DNA of 64,000 nucleotides, taken from NCBI GenBank assembly GCA_054600435.1, contig BAAIJX010000001.1, positions 496,001 to 560,000 of the forward strand. Direction: 5' to 3'. This document shows positions 22,137-32,076 of this stretch, piece by piece (positions within the stretch are counted from its first letter, which is position 1; each line of letters starts with the position of its first letter). The notes below the pieces were generated by a model. It was not told where the DNA came from. It did not search any database and worked only from the letters and a program-made list of their open reading frames with translations. The translations under genes and the position numbers were made by a program. The DNA comes from Neophaeotheca triangularis. Its lineage: Eukaryota.

Positions 22137-24232
22137 ATGGCAGAGGATGCGATGTAGTTTATTAGGGAGGAGGGGAGGGCGAGGGAGAGGGCATGGCCTA
22201 TAGGGAAGGAATGGGCGTGTGTCTTTTTTCTTTTTTCTTTTTTTTTTTTTTTTGTTGTTGTGGTGGATGGATGGTCTGGGTTTTCCAGTTGCAATGGCTG
22301 AGCGTGCGCATAGCGGCCGGATCGGATTGCGTTGGGTGGGGAGGAGAGGGGGGTGTGGTTTTCGTGTATATAGAGATGACTAGCTGTGCGAGCGGCGAGA
22401 GAACGTGTAAGTACTGTGTGTGCGCTCCAATTATCTCGACTAGTAATCTCCAGGAGAGAGAGAAAAGGAAGTAATGCGATTTTGCACGCTTCCTTTGTTC
22501 TTGGCTGATATGCTACCTAGTCTGCTGCTACTCTGCCGATGTCGTATAGTAGTAGTAGTAAAGTACTCCATAGCGGCGCCTACCTAAGCCTCTCGCTCCT
22601 ATCTCAGAGGTCCACTACCCCACAGGAGAATTGCTTCGACGAGCCGTCAAAAGGATTTTTGTTATTTTTATTTTTTTTCTTGTGATACCGGAACAGGGCG
22701 TACCGAGTTCCTCCCCATTTCCCGGCTCCGTCGCCGAGGCCACTGACATGGTCAAAATCGTCTCAACACGCGGCAGAGCCCATGGATAAATAGCCCAGGG
22801 CCCGTAGCCTGATCTCCCCATCTCGCGTCACGAAAGGAGCCATGGACACGGACACGGACATGGACATGGACGTAAGCAGCGACATTGCAACCTGGCTTGG
22901 GATAATGCCTGACTGGACTGGCAACGCCGCTTGCCTTTCCCCAAGACCCATCACACAGGATGACTTGAGAGGATCGGCGACGTCGCGCACTCGCGCGTGA
23001 GGGAGAGCAGCCACGGTAGCGTCAGTCACTCTCACGCTGGCAAACTACTTTACAAGGCCCTCCCGTCTCTGACCGGGAAGCGTGATGACGGCGGTGTGAT
23101 GAGATTGAGTCTCCCATTCGACACACACGGATGGGTAGAGATTATGGCGTCCTGGAGGAGACGGAGGGTTGCTTGGGTCACGGCAAGGGGGAGGGGTTTA
23201 CTGTGAGACGACCGCAAGCCTGCAACTGAGCGAGTTTTGGTTTTTCTCCTATTGCTCTCGCTTTGAAGTGAAGGCGACGGGTCTCGAGGCAGCGAGTTGG
23301 GTCTAGATGACAGCAGCCATAACGGTCGGTTTCAGGAATCCGGAGGCTCTAGGCTGTCGTTTCGGGATCTGAAGGTCTAGCTAACTTAGCTGGATTGCGG
23401 TTTCCGGGATCTTTGGGATGGCAGTCAGTTGGGAACCAGAGATGCTTCGTCCTGTGTTCGTGGCGCGTGATGGGATCAGAGATGATGAGGTGCGGAGGTC
23501 TACAGGGATGGGAACTGGCCGGACCGGCCGCCTCTAGACGACGATTGTGAAGGGGTAGGGGAGCTGGAAGTGAAGGAGTTGCGGTACCGGCCGCTGGATG
23601 ACGGCGATGGACCGCATCTACACCACCACCTGCACGTACGCATTTCTGCGCGTGAGTAGGTAGTCATTGAAGTCGAGCAAAAGGCAGCCAAAAGTCGAGA
23701 ACCGCCCGGCTCGCTTAGCCATCCGTCTGGTTCCCGTGGAATTGGTCAGACCGGGGCGCCGCGATCCGCTGGCAGTCTTTTGTGGTAAGAGTTGGGGAGG
23801 TATCAGAGGCTATGGAATGTTCATTATTGTGGTATTTGTGATTTGGTGGTCTGGTTCGGTGGAATTTAGAGTATGGTAGCTTTAGACCCGGTGGTGTGGT
23901 TTGCGGAGCTGCCGGATCGGACTAGTCTGGGTGGAATGCGATTCATGAATCTGCCCTGCCTGGTTGCGGGGGTGTTTCCGTTTCGAGGCGACGGTATGAC
24001 GAATACTTTAAGGTTAAGGTATTATTCTGACTGGAAGTCCGTCGTCTGCGGTTTGTTGCTGTCGTGTATGGTCGTATACAAGTTATGAGTAGGGAGCAAT
24101 GGTAGGAAGTGGTCGGGTCGTCGGCTCGGTGGCTCGGATAGAGTCGCATCGCAAGCCAGAGTCGGACAGGTACCTACATGAACAGTAAGGTAGGTACCTA
24201 GTTAGGTAGCCGGTCAACAAGCAACGGTCTAC

Positions 24233-24751
24233 CTACGCCCTCTTGCCCTTGCCGCCGCTGCCCGTAGGACCCCCTTTACCACCGCCCAATCCTAGTCCTA
24301 GCAAGAAACAGGTCCGCATTGTCGCTCCAACGTAGACGAACCCCAAGTTGCCCCAATAAATCTCATTCCACTCCCAAAACCTGTAGTAAACCTCCCAGCC
24401 CATGGGATTTACGCTCCACAAGTGACCAAAGTCGGCAATCAGCAATCCCAACAGTAGCACACGCCAGACACGCATGTCGCTAGAAGCACGCAAAACGAAG
24501 GCTTCGTTGAAAGCGAAGACGAGGTACATGTTTGCCAGCTGGGTGAGGACAATGCTTTCGCGTTGCGAGACATTGGAAGGGCTGAAGGGGTTGGGTAAGG
24601 GATCGCTGCCGGGGACTGTGAGGTTGAGGTAGTCGGATTGAGCTAGGTGGGCGTAGTAGGCTCCCACGAGGGTGGCGACGGGTTCGATGTAGAGGAAGAA
24701 GAGAGTGTAGAGGAGGGGAAGGGGGTGGACGGAGGTGGATGTGATGGCCAT
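24233..24751 (-). CDS. Small conserved fungal multi-pass membrane protein (DUF7704-like)
   Basis: ATG at 24751 (MAITSTSVHPLPLLYTLFFLYIEP...). About four hydrophobic segments, including LTQLANMYLVFAFNEAFVLR and LLIADFGHL. The family name is from memory. Confidence 0.7.
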   Translation of the reverse strand: MAITSTSVHPLPLLYTLFFLYIEPVATLVGAYYAHLAQSDYLNLTVPGSDPLPNPFSPSNVSQRESIVLTQLANMYLVFAFNEAFVLRASSDMRVWRVLLLGLLIADFGHLWSVNPMGWEVYYRFWEWNEIYWGNLGFVYVGATMRTCFLLGLGLGGGKGGPTGSGGKGKRA

Positions 24752-25404
24752 GATTTGTTTGTCTGTCTGGGTGGGTGGCTGAAGATGGGCGGAGATTGAG
24801 AGGGCGGCGGTGGTGATGGTGTCGGAGAGACGGATGAGTTGATGCCTGCAGGTGGTGATGTTTGTGGCGACAGGTAGGTAGGTAGGTGGATGCGGGAATA
24901 TTATTATTAATGGCAAGGGTTCAGTTCCAAGATGAGATGAGCAAAGTCCGGTTCCAGCAGCATTTGAAATGGAAATTATTGTAAGGCTTGTTGGTCCGGG
25001 AGTAAGGTACCTACGTACCTAGGTACAGTAAATACTAGACGTGCCTAAGGTAGCGACTCCGAGTGTCGGCCAATGGAATGAGTGGGCTTGGCTTGGCGTT
25101 GAAGACGTCCGGTAGCAGAGAGATGCATGGATGATGTGGCTGAGTTGGAATGGATACCTACCCAATCAATAATAGGATCAATGCTGTACTGCTGTGATGC
25201 TGTGATGCTTCCAAGCTTGTCTTGTGCGGCCGTGGGCATGAACGAGGCCGGCAGACATACAGGCAGGCAGGCAGATGTTGGGGGTCAGCTGAGAGAGTAG
25301 GTACATGCCCTCGTAGATAAGGTACTACCTGTTAGTAGGTACAGTACAGTATGTAGGTAACGTATGCGTTGTCAAGACTCAAGACATCCGACAGTGATCC
25401 GGGC

Positions 25405-25405
<1 letters not shown>

Positions 25406-25438
<33 letters not shown>
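25406..25438. repeat. (CA)n microsatellite
   Basis: About 16 CA units seen directly. Confidence 0.95.
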
Positions 25439-25442
<4 letters not shown>

Positions 25443-26199
25443 AACACAGTCTCACAGATACCCGACGGTACCACTAAGAATACCTACAGTACCTTGGTAT
25501 TATTCATCATCATCTTCATCATCAAACAAGGGTAGAGACAATGGAAAAGGGTAAAAACGGGCAAGTACCGTAGATTCCATCAACGTCTACCATCAAACGC
25601 CGACCAGATGATTCGGGTGTGATTCAGCCACGAGACTCTACCGAACATTCAACGAGAGAGGTAGAGAGGTAGAGAGGCAGAGAGAGAATTAATGATAATT
25701 TGTTTTTTACAGTACATACCTACAGTACCTTACCATACTCCGTCCGGTACTGACGTTGGCCCAGGCGAAGAGTCTGTTGAGAGTTTTCTTGCTCTCGCCT
25801 CGCCTGCTTCCCGGGCGGCTTCGGCGGGCATGAGGCGCTGCAAGACCCAAACCGAACCAAACCAAACCAAAACTGTAGCCTATAGCCTGTAGTAGATATC
25901 AATCCTGATAATAATAATAATCAATCACACATCTCCCTCCCGTCTGGTACCGCTATTAACTACTACCTCTGGAACCTCCTGATTTCATCCTGCTGCTGAC
26001 CTCTTCGCCCACCTCGACTCGACTCGGACTGCTGGAAACACTCGTTTTCCGCCCAAATCCTCGCATAGCACATCCCGCTTTCCATCTCCAAGCACAGGCC
26101 GTCCCCGGTACGACTCAAGTCTACTATTAGTCTATTACTAGTCTCCAAAGACCCCTTCATTTCCGCAATTCGAACCACGACCAATTGCCTTGTCATTAT

Positions 26200-26232
<33 letters not shown>

Positions 26233-26257
26233 CTACTACTACTCCTACTACTACTAC
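26200..26257. repeat. (TAC)n trinucleotide microsatellite upstream of the F-box gene
   Basis: Imperfect TAC run seen directly. Confidence 0.9.
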
Positions 26258-26557
26258 CATCACCTTCACCACCAACGACAACAACACCACCAATAAGCAC
26301 CATCAACCACTACCACTCTCCTTAATAATACACCGCCTCAAAACACTCTCCTTGACCATCTCTTAAAACACTCCCTCTTTCCTACCTACCTAGTCGCATA
26401 CACCGCCCTCTAGCCTCTCTTGTACTCCCGATTACGAGGCACGCTCGACGCCCAGTCCATTGGTACGCCTTCCCATCTGAGCTTGTCTCAGCCGGCGATT
26501 CATCCTCGACCCTCTGAGCCCCAGCCGATACACCATAACCGAATCGTGTCAACCAAC

Positions 26558-29044
26558 ATGCGCGACTGGACCTGGCCCACCGATACTCAAACCCACACCT
26601 TCTCCCTCCCTATGCAGCGTCCCCGGAGGTCAGACGAAAGGCCACACACCATGCACTCTGCGACCCAGACTTCTTCGCCTGATTTGTTCGACTCGGAGAG
26701 CGCTGCCATACAAGATGATGACACGACACCTCGAGCCTCTGTAGTTCAACCTTCGCGCCAACCAGCATACGCCTTTCCCAACCGAACAGACACTACTGCT
26801 GGGACATTCATGACACGGGACGAGCGGGATCCAGCGACGCAGGCTGCGGCTTATGAACTCCCCCTTACCGCGCAACAAGTAAATTTGCAGAACCAAACTT
26901 GGCAGAGGCAACGCGGATATTCCACACTTCAGCCGCGAGGCGTAAGGAAGGCAGTTCAAAGCTGGCGTGAATCCCTCGGTCAGCCGATGCACCAATCGAC
27001 TCATCAAACTTTGCAGCCTAGTCAAGGTGCGCTGGAAAGCAGTAGTGTTCCGAGCCAAGGCATAGCAAAGCCAGTACCGTCGGGGACTTTTAGGAGATTA
27101 TCGAGGAAATACAAGGACGAATTGAAGGGATTGAAGGACGGTGTAAGAGACGGAATGATCATGTCGAGTGTTGGAGGAGGCAGACAGAGACGGTCGAGCA
27201 CACCTAACACCCTCGAGGGCATGGCAAGAAGAGAGAACCCAGTGCCCGCCTTCCCACCTCCGACTTCCCCGTCGAAGCGTATTGGCAGGCATGATCACTT
27301 CACGCAAAAGAAGGCGCGGCACAATCTTCTCAACTTCGCTGACCGCAAGGACACTCCAGCACCTGCCAACCAGAACGCACGGCCGCAGACTCATCTCCCA
27401 ATCCTACCAAATGGAGGCGAAGCTGCCAGACGTGCTGCCGCTGCATCCTCGCAGTACAATTCCAATTCATACCAGCCAACATTCACTAACCCCTTTGGAC
27501 TGCCGGAATCGCAGGAAGATCTCACATCGCGAAGATCCCGCATCGGATCTTGTAGTGAAGCAGCCGATAGTGGAGCAGAGCTATCCACTTACTATTCTTC
27601 AGACGGCTCGTGCGACGGCGACGTGGACATGCTCGCCCCGGATGAAGAGCAAAAGGTGGACTTTCTCCAGCGATTGCCTGAGGAACTTTCGCTCAACGTC
27701 CTCGAATGCCTTGATAATCTAACACTCACTCGAGCCCAGCAAGTCAGCAAGCACTGGAACGCTCTCTCACAAACCACTTCGGTATGGCGCCAAGCTTACC
27801 TCAACAGTTTCGCCAGGCCAATTCACACCGACCCTGCGCCGGTCCAGGTTGGAGGTGAGGGCATAGGACGTCCGAACCAACCCAACCAAGACTGGCAAAA
27901 GATGTACAAGGCACGGAAACAAGTGGAAGCCAACTGGCGCCTCGGACCCAAGGAGTCTGGCAAAGCAGTCTACCTCTCAGGCCATACGGATAGTGTGTAC
28001 TGCCTTCAGTTTGATGAAGACAAGATCATTACCGGCTCCCGTGACCGCACCATCAGAGTATGGGACATCAACACCTTTCAGTGCACACGCGTCATTGGCG
28101 GTCCCAACGTCAAGCCCACCATGGGACCCAAAGTCTTACGAACCGTAGACTACCCTTCCTTCCACATGGCCACCGCCAGCGTCAACGGCACCAACTACGG
28201 CAACAACATCTTTCATGTGCCCTCGCAATGGCACGACGCCAGCATCCTTTGCCTACAGTACGACCACGAGATCCTTGTGACCGGCTCGTCAGACTCCGAC
28301 CTTTTGATCTGGGACATCAACACCTACGAGCCCATCAAGCGCCTCCGCAAGCACACCGGCGGCGTCCTGGACGTCGCTCTCGACGCCAAACACATCGTCT
28401 CTTGCAGCAAAGACTCGCAAATCATTGTCTGGTCGCGCGAAACCCTCGAGCCCCTTGCTGTACTCAACGGCCACCGTGGCCCCGTAAACGCCGTCCAACT
28501 CCGCGGCAACTACCTCGTCTCCGCCAGCGGCGACGGCATCGCGCGCCTCTGGGACCTACGCACCATGAAGCTCGCAAAGCAGTTCGAGGCCAAAGATCGG
28601 GGTCTCGCGGCCGTCGAATTCAGCGAGGACATGAAACACGTCCTGGCTGGGGGTAACGATCACATCACGTACAAGTTCGAAGTCGAGACAGGCCGTGAAG
28701 TGGCACAATTCACGGGACACACGCAGCTAGTGCGCTCGCTCTGGCTCGACAGCGCCAACAAGCGCGTCGTCAGCGGCAGTTACGACTTGGACTTGCGCGT
28801 CTACGATTTCGATACTGCAGAGGAGATTTGGCGCGCCGAGGAGTGGACGACCAGCTGGATGCTCGCGGCCAAGAGCGATTATCGCCGTATAGTGGCTACG
28901 AGCCAGGATGGCAGAATTTTGATTATCGATTTCGGGCTTATCAAGGGGGGATATTCGGATGGTCAGCCCATTGATGGGGTTGAGTTGTTGAGGAGTAGGG
29001 ATTTGCCTGGCAATGTCATTAGGTGGCGGCCTATCAACTACTAG
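26558..29044 (+). CDS. fwd-1: F-box/WD40 SCF substrate receptor, FWD-1/beta-TrCP/Pof11-like
   Basis: F-box DFLQRLPEELSLNVLECLD; WD40 repeats GHTDSVYCLQFDEDKIITGSRDRTIRVWD, HTGGVLDV, GHRGPVNAVQL and GHTQLVRSL; long disordered N-terminus. The start may be ATG 26558 or a downstream ATG. Confidence 0.85.
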   Translation: MRDWTWPTDTQTHTFSLPMQRPRRSDERPHTMHSATQTSSPDLFDSESAAIQDDDTTPRASVVQPSRQPAYAFPNRTDTTAGTFMTRDERDPATQAAAYELPLTAQQVNLQNQTWQRQRGYSTLQPRGVRKAVQSWRESLGQPMHQSTHQTLQPSQGALESSSVPSQGIAKPVPSGTFRRLSRKYKDELKGLKDGVRDGMIMSSVGGGRQRRSSTPNTLEGMARRENPVPAFPPPTSPSKRIGRHDHFTQKKARHNLLNFADRKDTPAPANQNARPQTHLPILPNGGEAARRAAAASSQYNSNSYQPTFTNPFGLPESQEDLTSRRSRIGSCSEAADSGAELSTYYSSDGSCDGDVDMLAPDEEQKVDFLQRLPEELSLNVLECLDNLTLTRAQQVSKHWNALSQTTSVWRQAYLNSFARPIHTDPAPVQVGGEGIGRPNQPNQDWQKMYKARKQVEANWRLGPKESGKAVYLSGHTDSVYCLQFDEDKIITGSRDRTIRVWDINTFQCTRVIGGPNVKPTMGPKVLRTVDYPSFHMATASVNGTNYGNNIFHVPSQWHDASILCLQYDHEILVTGSSDSDLLIWDINTYEPIKRLRKHTGGVLDVALDAKHIVSCSKDSQIIVWSRETLEPLAVLNGHRGPVNAVQLRGNYLVSASGDGIARLWDLRTMKLAKQFEAKDRGLAAVEFSEDMKHVLAGGNDHITYKFEVETGREVAQFTGHTQLVRSLWLDSANKRVVSGSYDLDLRVYDFDTAEEIWRAEEWTTSWMLAAKSDYRRIVATSQDGRILIIDFGLIKGGYSDGQPIDGVELLRSRDLPGNVIRWRPINY

Positions 29045-29588
29045 GAGCAGATTGAAAGGGCGAGGGATGATTTTCCTTGTTCTGGTCGTCGTTTGCTCAA
29101 GCAAAGGGAGCAAGAAGGGCGCACCGATTCGGTCAAGATGTCGCCAAGATTGGTTTCGCTACCGTCTCGAGGTCCGCGTGGTGCTGCGACTCGCTGTACG
29201 GATGAAGCTTTCGAGGTTGGCAACAACTTGCCGGTCAAAGCCAAGTGGCCGACTTCACGCACGCCGTGGTCTACTTCTGCCCGCCGGCTGCGCACCAGGC
29301 CGAATAAACCCCCCGTCGTCGATGGGAGTCTAGCGCAGGTCCGAAGCTGGCTTTGGAGGGAGTGACGAGGACCGGGTCGGGTAGTGGGAATGTCCGGAAA
29401 GAAGCAACGGGAGGCGACATTTCAAAAAGGAAACGACGAAGCGAAAGGGGAGGAATTCAAAAAAAAGATGGCAGCACGGGAGAAGAGAAGGGGGAAAGGC
29501 AAACTGACTTGATTGCTTTTGCTCATCACGCTCGTTCATAGCGAAGGCGTTTCTTCTAATCATTAACACTATTCTTCGTTTTTCTCCA

Positions 29589-29589
<1 letters not shown>

Positions 29590-29617
<28 letters not shown>
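29590..29617. repeat. (CT)n microsatellite
   Basis: CT/TC run seen directly. Confidence 0.9.
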
Positions 29618-29620
<3 letters not shown>

Positions 29621-30344
29621 GAGCACTTTGATATGTGACAAGAGTTTTGTTCTTGCGGAAATCCTTCTTCTCCAATCTTAAATGGGAGACTTGCGTCGAA
29701 TCCGCGATGGAAGTGTGATTGGTAGCGTTTCCGTGCGATCGAGGATAGACGAGATCAACGAGGGTGTTGTTCCATTTCGCTTGCTTTTCAATGGTGGGAG
29801 ATAGAGGTAGCAATCGAGACTGCTCCTTTTTGCTGTATTTCAAACCCATTCGCCGTCGATGTCGATGTCGTGCGGCGGCATTTTGGTCGTCGCGCGCGTC
29901 ATTGCTTGTGCTTTCGAGAGTCCGCAATTCTAGTAATTATAGTCGATTCTTCTTACCCGTAGCTGTTTCCTAATCAACGAACGCTATACGCCGAGTTTTC
30001 CAAAACACCAACACTGACCCTAAGGTATGCTTCCAATCGCCGCCACCTCGCGTGAGAACTTTTTAAGCATCGATTTCACACCAGGAATTTAAAATCGGGC
30101 AAGAAAGGAAAAAAGAAAAAAGTTCGAGTACGACTGCTTGCTTCCCCGGGAAAGAAAGTCCAGTGCATCCGTTCCAATTCGATCTCGAGCGGGGCGGGAT
30201 CGAAGTCGCTAGTCGGGAGGAGCGAGAAGAACCAAAAACAAAGAGAAAAAGAAAAAAAGAAAAGAAAGATCGGGAAGGAACTTGCAGACTTGCTTCTTTG
30301 GCGGAATAGGTCACTACCGACTTGCGGATTGTCGAGCTCTTTCC

Positions 30345-30398
30345 ACTACCTACTTACCTACCTACCTACCTACCTACCTACCTACCTACCTACCTACC
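30345..30398. repeat. (CCTA)n tetranucleotide microsatellite
   Basis: About 13 TACC/CCTA units upstream of TPT1. Confidence 0.95.
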
Positions 30399-30602
30399 CT
30401 CCGGAGTGCTGTGACTACCAAACCATTACCACTACCACTACCACTACGACGACTTTGAGGGAACTTTCTTTCTGCGAGAGTTTGTGTTGGGTTGGGTTGG
30501 TTTTGGTGGAAAGTGAATTCTTTCGACTCTCAGCGCGCGCGGGGAAGAGAATCGATTTGAAGGGATTTTTTCTTTCTTTCACAATTTCTTTCGTTCACGA
30601 GG

Positions 30603-31797
30603 ATGGCTGAAATCGCTCGAGGCGGTGCGGGAGGTGAAGGAGGAGGAGCAGGAGGAAAAGGCGGCCGTGGCAAGCGTGGACCGTTGTCTAGGGATGTCAT
30701 GGTGAGCAAGAAGATGAGGTAGGTTTTGGTTTTTTTCCTCTTCGCTCGATTGGGTTGGGTTGGGTTGGGTTGGGAGGTTGAACGAGTGGTCGTTGAGAAA
30801 GTTGCGGATTTGAAAAAGGTTTTGGGGCGGTCTGGTGGATTGATTGACTGGGTTGACCGGGATGGTCAGTTGTGATGGTGTGATGGATTGTTTGTGCTGA
30901 CGCAGCCGTCGATACTAGCTGGTTGCTTCGCCATGGTGCTGAGAAGGAAGGGCTTACGTTGGACGAAGGGGGGTTTGTCAGCGTGGATGAAATGGTCAGT
31001 CACAATGCACTTCTCTGCTTCCAACGGCCACACCAAAGATGTCCCCGAAACTACGATCATCAAAGAGAAAACAGACGCCGATCCACCCCAGAAGCTGACC
31101 CAACTAAATCAAACAGCTCAACACACGTACCCTCCGCTCCCTCAAAGTAACCTTCCCGGAACTCCGCCAACTCGTCGCCGACAACGACAAAAAACGCTAC
31201 ACCCTACTCCCCAAACCCAACACCGCCTCCACCACCACCGACGAAAACTCCTCCGCTTCATCCAAGCCCTCGGACTACCTAATCCGCGCAAACCAAGGCC
31301 ACAGCCTGCAAGTCGAGTCCTCAAGCCTGCTCCAACCAATAACCCAAGCCACAGCGCCCTCGCAATGCGTCCACGGCACCACACGCAAAGCCTGGCCGCT
31401 GATTGTGTCGGCGGGCGGTTTGAAAGTCATGGGCAGGAACCATGTCCATTTCGCCACGGGCCTGCCTGCTTCCTTGCAGCGGGAATCGCAAGCGGAGGGG
31501 ACCTCTTCGGCCACGGAAGCTGCTGCTGCCGCCGCCGCTGCCCCTCCACCCGTCGTGATTTCTGGAATGCGTAACTCGTCGGCGGTGCTGGTTTGGGTGG
31601 ATTTGCCCCGGGCCATGGAGGCTGGGGTGTCGTTTTGGACGTCGGATAATGGGGTTGTGTTGAGTGAGGGGGAGGCGGGGACGGGGTTGGTGCCGTTGAG
31701 GTTTTTTAAGCGGGTCGAGGAGAGGGGGGTCGAGGGGGGTGTGTTGGTTGAGGATGGGGTGGTTGTGGGGGAGTTGAAGGGGGGAAAGGGGAGGTAG
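30603..31797 (+). CDS. TPT1: tRNA 2'-phosphotransferase Tpt1/KptA
   Basis: Inferred exons 30603-30718, 30919-30994, 31117-31797. The spliced product has VSKKMSWLLRHGA, NDKKRY, IRANQGHS, VHGT, MGRNHVHFA, ISGMR and SDNGVVL, covering the Tpt1 catalytic motifs. No single ORF in the track shows it. Confidence 0.93.
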
Positions 31798-32076
31798 GGG
31801 TTTGGAGTTTGAGAGGGAAGGAGGGAGAGGGGAGGGAGGGAGAGGGGAGGGAGGGAGAGGAGAGGAGAGGGGTTGTGGAGTGGGGGGTTACTTCGGTTGC
31901 ATGGAATAGTTGAGAATGATGATCAGGGATGTCCGATTGCGGGTGTCCACTGCGTTTTTTTATTCCTCTCTTGCTTGCTCTCTAGTATTCTGCGAAACGC
32001 TCCACTCGACTCGCTGTCACACGACACACTTCGTTTCCACCATCTCTTCCTCCAACCAAAAAAGTAATCATCACCA

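Noticed and set aside
22888..22912. AACCTGGCTTGGGATAATGCC resembles the 3' half of a TPP riboswitch
   Set aside because: No upstream CTGAGA, no AGCG closing segment and no thiamine-related gene nearby.
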